A stretch of 64,000 nucleotides of DNA from an uncultured delta proteobacterium (GTDB lineage Bacteria > Myxococcota_A > Polyangia > Polyangiales > Polyangiaceae). The notes under the pieces are model-generated. The model was not told the DNA's origin, searched no databases, and saw only the letters and a list, made by a program, of their open reading frames with translations. The stretch is taken from assembly GCA_963806225.1 (NCBI GenBank), contig CAWDXG010000001.1:1920001-1984000 (forward strand), given 5' to 3'. Both the position numbers and the translations under genes were made by a program. This document shows positions 22,992-31,134 of this stretch, piece after piece. Within the stretch, counting starts at the first letter, position 1. The number at the start of each line of letters is the position of its first letter.

Positions 22992-24305
22992 ATGGGAGGT
23001 CGCCGCGTGGAATCCGGATCGGATCGCGTGGAGGGCGCTCCGGCGCGTTCGCGCACACTCGGTTTCTGGTCGCTGCTCGCCCTGGGCGTGAACGGCATCG
23101 TCGGCGTCGGCATCTTCTTCGTGCCCGCGCAGGTTGCGGCGCGTGTGCCCGGCATGGGCGGCGTCGGCGTGTACGCGCTCACCGCAGCGGCCCTGGCGCC
23201 TGTTGCGTGGGCCTACGCCACTCTCGGAGGCCACTTCGACGAGGATGGCGGTCCCTACGTGTGGGCGCGAGCGGCGTTCGGAGCGCGGTTCGGGTTCGCG
23301 GTCGGGTGGGTGGCGTACGTGTCGGCCTTGTTCAGCACCTCGGCGGTGATGGCCGGGCTCGCCGAGCATGCGGCGCCATCGCTCGGTCTCTCGGGGCCGC
23401 TCGCGGAGCGTGGATTCATCGTGGTGTGCACGTTGCTGCTCGGCTCGGTCGTGGCCAGCGGGCTCAAGCCGAGCGCGATCGCCTGGAACGCGGTGACCGT
23501 GCTGAAGCTTCTGCCTCTGCTCGGCCTGGCTGCGCTGGCGCTGGCCGCCGCGGCGCCGATCGCTCCCCAGGCGCATACCGGCGGCGGCGTCGGTGGCGTG
23601 CTGCGGGCCGCGCTTGTGGTCGTGTTTGCGATGCAGGGTTTCGAGATCGTGCCGGTCCCCGCTGGCAACGCGCGCGCCTCCCGTCGCGCCATCCCGCTGG
23701 CCACGCTGGGCTCGCTGGCGGGTGCGACCGTGCTGTACCTGATCCTGCAGTGGGCCTGTGTGCGGGCCGTGCCCGGGCTGTCGCACAGCGGCCGGCCGCT
23801 CGTCGACGCGGCGGCGGTGTACGGCGGCCGGTCCGCCGAGTGGCTGGTCGCCGCGGGAACCAACATCTCCGCGCTCGGGATCGCCTTCGGGATGTTCGCG
23901 ATGTCTCCCCGGTATCTGTCCACGCTGGGCCGCCCCGACGGGCTCGGCGAATGGATCGGCAGGGAGAGCGAGCGCCACGTGCCCCAGCGCGCGCTGTGGA
24001 TCACGCTGGCTGTGGTGCTTGTCCTGGCGACGAGCGGCAAGCTCGGCGAGCTGTTCGTGCTTTCCAGCGTCTCGGTGCTGGCGCAGTACGCGGTCAGCGT
24101 CGCCGCTCTGGCCGTGCTCGCTGTCAAGCGCAAGAACGGCCTCGGGCTGCGCCACCTGTGGCCCGCCCCGCTGGCGCTCGGTGCGATCCTGCTGCTCGGA
24201 CAGGCCGCCAAGGCGGTGGAGCTCCTGGTGTTCGCCGGCGTGCTCGCGGCCGGCGGTCTGGTCGTGCTGCTCCGCCGCTTCCTGGCTCGTCGCGTCACGC
24301 GCTAG
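22992..24305 (+). CDS. APC-family amino-acid permease
   Basis: 'GVNGIVGVGIF', 'GGPYVWARAAFG', 'FAMQGFE'; about 12 hydrophobic helices. Confidence 0.9.
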   Translation: MGGRRVESGSDRVEGAPARSRTLGFWSLLALGVNGIVGVGIFFVPAQVAARVPGMGGVGVYALTAAALAPVAWAYATLGGHFDEDGGPYVWARAAFGARFGFAVGWVAYVSALFSTSAVMAGLAEHAAPSLGLSGPLAERGFIVVCTLLLGSVVASGLKPSAIAWNAVTVLKLLPLLGLAALALAAAAPIAPQAHTGGGVGGVLRAALVVVFAMQGFEIVPVPAGNARASRRAIPLATLGSLAGATVLYLILQWACVRAVPGLSHSGRPLVDAAAVYGGRSAEWLVAAGTNISALGIAFGMFAMSPRYLSTLGRPDGLGEWIGRESERHVPQRALWITLAVVLVLATSGKLGELFVLSSVSVLAQYAVSVAALAVLAVKRKNGLGLRHLWPAPLALGAILLLGQAAKAVELLVFAGVLAAGGLVVLLRRFLARRVTR

Positions 24306-24309
24306 CGCG

Positions 24310-26605
24310 TCAGCGCGCGCCGCGCCGCGCCCGGTCGCCGGGGAGCGGCTTGGCGGTCTTCAATCGTGCGCCGGGTGATGCCTCTGGGGGCCCCTTGATC
24401 ACGCCGAGCTGCCACAAGACGAAGCTGTACAGATCCGCGTACTCATCGGCCACCTTGCTGATGGGCTTGCCGGCGCCGTGTCCCGCCTTCGTCTCGGTGC
24501 GCAGCAGAACCGGATTGTCCGAGCTGGTCGCGTACTGCAGTGCGGCAGCCATCTTGCGGGCGTGCATCGGCGCGACCCGGGTATCGCTGCTCGCCGTCGT
24601 CAGGAGCACAGCCGGGTAGGGCGTGTTCTTCACCACATGGTGGTACGGCGAGTAGGCGTAGAGCCACTTGAACGCCTTCTTGTCCTCCGGGGACCCGTAC
24701 TCGGGCACCCAGAGCTTGGCGATCAGGAAGCGGTCGTATCGCAGCATGTCCGTCAGCGGCACGCTCGCCACGGCAGCGCGGAACAGCCGCGGATGCTGCG
24801 TGATGCTCGCGGTTACCAGCAGGCCGCCGTTGGACGCGACCATAGATCGCCAGGTGTTTCCGGTCGGTGACCTGTCGGGCGATCAGGTCCTTGGCGACGG
24901 CGGCAAAATCGTCGAACACGTTCTGCTTGTGCTCGAGTTGCCCGGCGCGGTGCCAGTCCTCGCCGAACTCGCCGCCGCCGCGCAGGTTGGCCTGGACGTA
25001 CACGCCGCCGTGATCGAGCAACACGTAGGTGGTGCGCGAGAACCGCGGTTCCAGGCTCACGTTGAATCCGCCGTAGCCGTACAGAAGCGTCGGCGCGTGA
25101 CCGCTCCCGAGCTCGACGTTCTTCCTGCTCACGACCAGGTAGGGGATCTCGGTGCCGTCCTTCGAGCGCGCACGATGCTGCGTCACGACGAAGTCCTTCG
25201 GCTTGATGGGAGCGTGCACCCGCTGCCAGACGCGCGTCCTTCCGCTGTCGAGCGTGATGCGTCGGATCACGGGCGGGGTGGCGAAGGACTCGAAATTGTA
25301 GAATGCCTGCTCTCCGTCGTGGACCCCCGTGAAGCCGTCGCTGCTGCCGAGCGTCGGCAGCGGCACCTTGCCGAGGCTCCTGCCTTTCGAGTCGAAGCGC
25401 TCGAGCCTTGATACTGCGGCGTCGAGGTAGCCGACGAGGATCTGGCCTCCGATCACGTCGAAGCTGTCGAGCACGTCTTTCGGGTGCTGCGGCAGCACCG
25501 CCCGCCAGTTTTTCCGCGCGGGACGGCGTGGGTCGACTTCGTAGAGTGCGTAGCGCGGCGCGCCCTCGTTGGTCCGGATGTAGAGCTTGTCGTCGAGCGC
25601 CAGCGGGTCGTAGATGTGCGATTTCTTCTGCGTGATCTCCTTGAAGGCGAGCTTGTGCGCGCGGGTGTCCGCGATGAACAGCTCGCTCCGGCTCCAGCCT
25701 TCGGCCACACGCACGATCAGCCAGCGGCCGTCCGGGGAGATCACACAGGCCGGGAATTCGGTCATCGGGCGTCCCTGGCCGAACACCACAGGATCCTTGT
25801 CCGGGTCGCGCCCGAGCACGTGTTCGTAGATCCTGCGGTGGTACTTTTCCTCGCCCGCGGGCACGCTGCCCTTGGCGGGGAAGCGCGAGTAGAAGAACCG
25901 CTTGTTGTCGGGCATCCAGCACACCGATGCGTAGCGGGCGCGCGTGATCACGTCCGGCAGATCCTTGCCGGTGTCCACGTTCCGGATGTGAAGCACGCTG
26001 TTCTCGCTGCCGTTTGCGCTGATCCCGTATGCGAGCAGGGAGCCGTCGTGCGACGGGTAGTACCAGTCGAGCGCCACCGTGCCCTGGGCGTTCATCCGGT
26101 TGGGGTCGACGAGCGCACGGTCCTTGCCTTCGACGCTGTCGCGCACGTAGAGCACCGGTTGGTTCTGCTTGCCGCTGCGTCGGGTGTAGAACAGCCTGAG
26201 CTTGCCGCTCTTGTCGCGCTTCACGGTGGGCAGGGAAATCTGTTCGATGGCGAGCAGCTTCTCGAGCTGGCGTCGGATCGCCGCGCGCGCTGGTACGCGC
26301 GACAGCGTGCTCTGGGTGAGTCGGTTCTCGGCGTGGATCCACTTCTTGACGGCGGGACTCTTGCCGTTCTCGAGCCAACGGTAGGCGTCGGCCACCTTGA
26401 CGCCGAAGAGGTGGTCCACGACCTTGTCGCGCCGGGTGCGGACGGGCAGACGGCTCATGGAAGTCTCCTGAACGATGATCGGCGCCGCGCTGGCTGGTGC
26501 GCCGGGCTGGGGCGGGTGCTCGGGTGGCAGTGCACGAGAGTCGCAGCTCGACGAGGCACAGAGGACGAGCAGCGCGGCCGGAAGGTGGCGGAGGGCAGAC
26601 GCCAT
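24310..26605 (-). CDS. Prolyl oligopeptidase (S9A), probably exported or lipoprotein; one frameshift at the catalytic GxSNGG (~24840)
   Basis: 'VADAYRWLE', 'YGYGGFN', 'NLRGGGEFGEDWH', 'KQNVFDDF', 'SNGGLL', 'DMLRY', 'DTRV', 'AGHG'. Confidence 0.95.
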
Positions 26606-26687
26606 GAACGCCGAGCGTAGTCCCGTCGCCGCGCTTTTGCAGCCCTGGAGCGGCGACTGTAGGTTGGAGGGTCGTCTTCGACGGGAC

Positions 26688-27902
26688 ATGATGCGGATTG
26701 TGAACCGCTCCATCGCGGGCTCGAGCTTGTTGCTGCTGGCGGCGGCGTGCGCCGGTGGGCCCCCGCCCAGGCGGCCCGCTCCCGTTTCGTCCTCACGCGC
26801 AGCAGCGCACGCGGTGCCGTCGCGAGAGGCGCCGGCGGGCAGCGCGGCCCCCGCGCGGGTGACAGCCCGGTCGCCGGTACCCGCTCTGTCGGCGCCGCTA
26901 CCCTTCCTCAAGGGGGAAACGCACGTCCACACGGCGCGTTCCTACGATGCTCACACGCCACCGCGGGACGTGCTCGCGTTCTATGCGGCGCACGGCTACG
27001 ACTTCGTAGCGCTGACCGATCACAATCGCATCACCGTGGTCGATCCTCCGGACGGGCTCCTGTTGATCCCCGGAGTCGAATTCACGCAAAACTCGAAGGA
27101 CTGTGTCCCGCCTCCGGCGCCGGGCTACCGGTGTCTGTTCCACACCACCGGGCTGTTCGTCGACCCGGCACGGGACAGGTTCCAGGGTGGGCTCATCCGC
27201 ATGCCGTTCCAGCGCGGGCGCATGGACGCCTATCGATGGGAGATCCAGCACGCCCGCGCTCTCGGCGGAGTCGCGGTGCTCGATCACCCGCTATTCCACT
27301 TCGCCGCCAACGCGTCGATGATCGCCCGGCTGGCGCGCGAGGGGCTGAAGCTGGTCGAGCTGTTCAATGCCAGCCTGGACGGGCAGTTCCCCGGTGGGAG
27401 GCGCGCCGCCGAGGACCGCGCCGAGCGCCTGTGGAACGACATCCTGGATCGCGGGGTCCTCGTCTACGGCATGGCCACCGACGACGCGCACCACTTCGCG
27501 GACGCTGCCGACAGGCGGCGCCACGGGCGCTACGCCTACGTCGGAAACCGTGCGTGGGTCATGGTGCGCGCCGAAAAGCACCCCGACGCGATCCGGCGAG
27601 CGTTGCTCGCCGGACACTTCTACGACTCCACCGGCGTGACGCTGCGGAGCCTCGAGCGCGACGCCAGGGGCTTCCACCTGGTGGTCGAGCCCCGGCCCGG
27701 CGAGCACTACGCCATCCACTTCGTCGGGCGGCACGGCAAGCTGCTTTCCCGCGTCGACGGACCCGAGGCGAGCTACCAGATCCGCGGGGATGAAGGCTGG
27801 GTTCGCGCGGTCGTGGAGTCCAGTTCCGGGCAGCGGGCCTGGATCCAACCGGTGATGTTGGGGACGAGGGCTCGAGGCAGCGGGGGCGGGGCAGGGGACT
27901 AG
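26688..27902 (+). CDS. PHP-domain metallohydrolase lipoprotein (CehA/McbA-like)
   Basis: Lipobox LAAAC; 'KGETHVHT..SYD', 'DFVALTDHN', 'IPGVE', 'DHP', 'TDDAH'. Confidence 0.85.
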   Translation: MMRIVNRSIAGSSLLLLAAACAGGPPPRRPAPVSSSRAAAHAVPSREAPAGSAAPARVTARSPVPALSAPLPFLKGETHVHTARSYDAHTPPRDVLAFYAAHGYDFVALTDHNRITVVDPPDGLLLIPGVEFTQNSKDCVPPPAPGYRCLFHTTGLFVDPARDRFQGGLIRMPFQRGRMDAYRWEIQHARALGGVAVLDHPLFHFAANASMIARLAREGLKLVELFNASLDGQFPGGRRAAEDRAERLWNDILDRGVLVYGMATDDAHHFADAADRRRHGRYAYVGNRAWVMVRAEKHPDAIRRALLAGHFYDSTGVTLRSLERDARGFHLVVEPRPGEHYAIHFVGRHGKLLSRVDGPEASYQIRGDEGWVRAVVESSSGQRAWIQPVMLGTRARGSGGGAGD

Positions 27903-27963
27903 TCCAGGCCCAGCCGGCTGTCGTTTTCTGGGCCCGATGGGCCGATTTTGGCATGCAGGGAGC

Positions 27964-29604
27964 ATGGCGACGAGAGCTGACGCCACGCGAAGAGGCGTGC
28001 ACACAGGCAGTGTCCTGGCGGTCCTGCTGGCCGCGTGTCTGCCCGCTTGCAGCCAGAACAACCTGGATTTCTTCAAGGAGAAGCCCCCGGCGGCTTCGAA
28101 GATCAAACCCGAGAACGGCGGGGTCAGCGTCCAGAGCGACGCCTGGGCCGACGTGCCGGTGCCCGCCGCGGATGGTCCCAAGCTGTACCCGCTCGCGATG
28201 GTGACGCCCATCTACCCCAAGCCCGACAAGAAGAGCGACGCCATCGGCTATCTGCGCGTCGGCGCGAAGGTGGCCCGTTCGCGGAAGCCGGTCAGCCGAC
28301 AGGATTGTCCGGAAGGCTGGTACGCGATCCGGCCGGTCGGCTTCGTCTGCGTGGGTCCGGACGCGACCATCAAGGCCGACAACCCCATCGTCAAGGCCGT
28401 CCACGTCGAGCCGAAGCGGGCCGACCCGATGCCGTACAAGTACGCTTTCCTGCGGGCGATCGCGCCGAACTACCTGCGCATCCCGACGAAGGCCGAGCAG
28501 TTCCAGTACGAGATGCGCCTGGCGCGGCACCTGAGGAGCTACAAGCACCTGCACGAACGCTGGGACAAGCTCGACGTTGGCGCCAACGACGTGCCGCTCG
28601 ACAAGAACGGCGTGGCCATCGGCGGCATCCCGGATCACGCCAAGCCCATGGACATCAGCGTCCGCTACGGCGGGGATGACAACGATGCCGTGCCCTGGTG
28701 GCTCTCGGGCGAACGCCGCATTCCGAACCTCTCGTCGTTCCGCGCGCCTGCCTACGCCGTCATCGCCGGTCGCATCCGGCGGCACGCCGGCGTCGCGTTG
28801 ATCGGCACGTTCGTTGCCGGGCCCGCGGCCCAGAACCGTCGCTTCGCGATCAGTACCGACGCGCGGCTGCTGCCGGCGGACAAGCTCAAGGCCACGTCGG
28901 GCTCGCCATTCCACGGCCACGACATCCACGATGTCGGCCTGCCGGTGGCCTTCGCGCGGCACGCGAGCAGCCACTTCTGGACGCTGGACGGCGACGAGCT
29001 CGTGCGCGGCGATCGGCTGAAGTTCCGCCAGTTCGTTGCTCTGAACGGCACCGTGAAGTTCATCCGCGGCATTCGCATGGTCCAGGCGAGAAACGGCCTC
29101 TGGCTCAGGAGCAAGGATCTGAAAACCGCCGCCAAGCCGAGCTCGCTGCCCAGCTGGGCGAAGCGCGGCGAGAAGTGGATCGACATCTCGATCGTGAGCC
29201 AGACGATGGTGCTGTGGGAAGGCGACAAGCCCGTCTACGCGACGCTGGTCTCGACCGGTCGTGGCGGGCTGGGCGAGCCCGGCAAGACGCTCAGCACGCC
29301 CCGCGGTACCTTCCGCATCTACCAGAAGCACGTCACCACTACGATGGATTCCAATGTGGCGGACCACGAGTTCGAGCTCCGCGACGTGCCGTGGGTGGAG
29401 TACTTCAAGGGCGGCTACGCCATCCATGCTGCCTATTGGCACGACGGGTTCGGGCGCGTGCGCTCCCATGGCTGCGTCAACGTCGCGCCCATCGATGCCC
29501 GCTACACGTTCATGTGGACCACGCCGTCCGTGCCGAAGCACTGGCAGGCCGCCTACGCCAGCGACGCGCTGGAGCAGGGCACGATCGTCAATATCCACCC
29601 GTAG
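27964..29604 (+). CDS. L,D-transpeptidase (YkuD) lipoprotein
   Basis: Lipobox LPAC; 'WIDISIVSQTM', 'VSTG', 'TPRGTFRI', 'AIHAAYWHDGFG..RSHGCVN'. Confidence 0.9.
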   Translation: MATRADATRRGVHTGSVLAVLLAACLPACSQNNLDFFKEKPPAASKIKPENGGVSVQSDAWADVPVPAADGPKLYPLAMVTPIYPKPDKKSDAIGYLRVGAKVARSRKPVSRQDCPEGWYAIRPVGFVCVGPDATIKADNPIVKAVHVEPKRADPMPYKYAFLRAIAPNYLRIPTKAEQFQYEMRLARHLRSYKHLHERWDKLDVGANDVPLDKNGVAIGGIPDHAKPMDISVRYGGDDNDAVPWWLSGERRIPNLSSFRAPAYAVIAGRIRRHAGVALIGTFVAGPAAQNRRFAISTDARLLPADKLKATSGSPFHGHDIHDVGLPVAFARHASSHFWTLDGDELVRGDRLKFRQFVALNGTVKFIRGIRMVQARNGLWLRSKDLKTAAKPSSLPSWAKRGEKWIDISIVSQTMVLWEGDKPVYATLVSTGRGGLGEPGKTLSTPRGTFRIYQKHVTTTMDSNVADHEFELRDVPWVEYFKGGYAIHAAYWHDGFGRVRSHGCVNVAPIDARYTFMWTTPSVPKHWQAAYASDALEQGTIVNIHP

Positions 29605-29608
29605 CCGC

Positions 29609-31078
29609 TCAGGGCTTGCCGGGGCGCGCGATCTCGACAGTCACGTTGACCTTGTCCGGCGCGCCGTCCGCCAGCCGCGCGTCACGGGGCAGGATCAAGC
29701 CGCGACTGAAATCGGTCGTCCTATCGACGTTTCCTAGATCAAGGGGCTCGGTCGTGATGCTGGTGACGCGGCCGCGGTCGGAGCGCTTGAGCAGGACCTT
29801 CACGTGCGATGGTTCGACCTTCAGGCCTCGAAACGAGACGCCGTGCGGCAGGTGTCCGGTGGTCTTCGGCAGGACGCGCAGCGACACCACGGTCAGGTGC
29901 TGGGCGACCACCGTCACCTGTGACGGCTCGATGCGGTGCACGTCGAGATCCGCCGGATGCGTCAGGTCGCTGTCGGTCAGCGCGATGCGTTGCGCGCCGG
30001 CGTGGATGTTCCCGACATCGAGCGCGATCGTGAGCTTCGACGGACGCATCACGTCGAAGGCGCGGCTGGAGCCGGAGAGCGTGACCCGCGCGCCGAGCGG
30101 TCGCGGTTCGTCGAGCAGCCAGCCTGCCGGCACGTTGCGATAGGCGATCGGCACGTTGAACGTCCGGGCGACGGTCTCGCCCTGGTAGCCGAAGACGAGC
30201 ATCCACGCGACGACGGCCACGACGACGGAAAGAAGCTTGAGGCCGAGCTGGCGGGTGAAAAGGCGCCGCCCGAGCGACACGTGCTTCTCCGGCGCGATGC
30301 CCTCGAGGAACCCGGTCAGGCGGCGGCGCAGCTCCGCGGCCGAGCCGACCACTTCGAGCCGGGCCTGGTGCGCGATGCTGATCGTCCCGCGTTCTTCGCT
30401 GACCACCACGATCATGGCGTCGGAAACCTCGGACATGCCGAGCGCGGCCGTGTGGCGCGTACCGGGTGGAGCGTTGTCGTCAAGGGCGCTCGACAACGGC
30501 AGGTGGACGCCGAACTTGCGGACCAGCCCGCCGTCGATCACGACCGCGCCGTCGTGTCCGAGCGAGCCCGTGTCGAAGATGCTGTACAGGAGCGGCTCGC
30601 TGATCTGCCCTTCCAGCGCGAAACCGCCGCTCAGGTGACGCTCGAGCGGTTCGCTGCCCTTGAACACGATCAGCGCGCCGATCCGTCGGGTGGAGAGGTT
30701 CGAGACCACCTCCACGACGGTGTCGATGACCGTCCTGGATTCGGTGGCGCGCGCCGTCCTCGGGCTGCGCAACCGTCCGCGCATGGCAATGTGCTCGAAG
30801 GCGCGCCGGATGTCCTCCTGGAAGATGACGACCAGCGCCACGGCCGCGACGGTAACGCCCGCCTGCAGCACGAACAGCGTCAGGTACATCTTGAGGATCC
30901 GCGCGGCGAAGTAGAGCGCCACCAGCGCTGCCAGGCCCGCAACGACGAAGCGGGAACGCGCCTTCTGGAACCACGTGACCAGCGTGTAGACGAAGACCGA
31001 CACCACGGCCACGTCCAGCACGTCGGCAACGCGCAGGCTCGTCCACAGTTCCTCGAAGAAGCGGGCCGTCGAATCCAT
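29609..31078 (-). CDS. cdaA: Diadenylate cyclase CdaA (3 TM + DAC) fused to YbbR/CdaR domains
   Basis: Three N-terminal TMs + 'VVIFQEDIRRAF'; 'HDGAVVI'; 'GTRHTAALG'; 'VVSEERGTIS'; then TM 'LKLLSVVVAVVAW' and YbbR-like repeats. Confidence 0.85.
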   Translation of the reverse strand: MDSTARFFEELWTSLRVADVLDVAVVSVFVYTLVTWFQKARSRFVVAGLAALVALYFAARILKMYLTLFVLQAGVTVAAVALVVIFQEDIRRAFEHIAMRGRLRSPRTARATESRTVIDTVVEVVSNLSTRRIGALIVFKGSEPLERHLSGGFALEGQISEPLLYSIFDTGSLGHDGAVVIDGGLVRKFGVHLPLSSALDDNAPPGTRHTAALGMSEVSDAMIVVVSEERGTISIAHQARLEVVGSAAELRRRLTGFLEGIAPEKHVSLGRRLFTRQLGLKLLSVVVAVVAWMLVFGYQGETVARTFNVPIAYRNVPAGWLLDEPRPLGARVTLSGSSRAFDVMRPSKLTIALDVGNIHAGAQRIALTDSDLTHPADLDVHRIEPSQVTVVAQHLTVVSLRVLPKTTGHLPHGVSFRGLKVEPSHVKVLLKRSDRGRVTSITTEPLDLGNVDRTTDFSRGLILPRDARLADGAPDKVNVTVEIARPGKP

Positions 31079-31134
31079 CTGTGCTCGCCCGACCGCGAAT
31101 CTGCGACAGATCGCGCGGGACGGCTAGTCGGGCC

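Noticed and set aside
21618..24155. Long antisense or alternate-frame ORFs (e.g. 845 aa here, 837 aa at 46026, 679 aa at 27559, 672 aa at 36298)
   Set aside because: Shadow ORFs expected from high-GC codon bias opposite well-supported genes; they carry no recognisable motifs
27949..27964. Sigma-54 -24/-12-like TGGCATG-N-GAGCA before the L,D-transpeptidase
   Set aside because: The -12 element lacks TTGC and abuts the probable ATG; the match is weak
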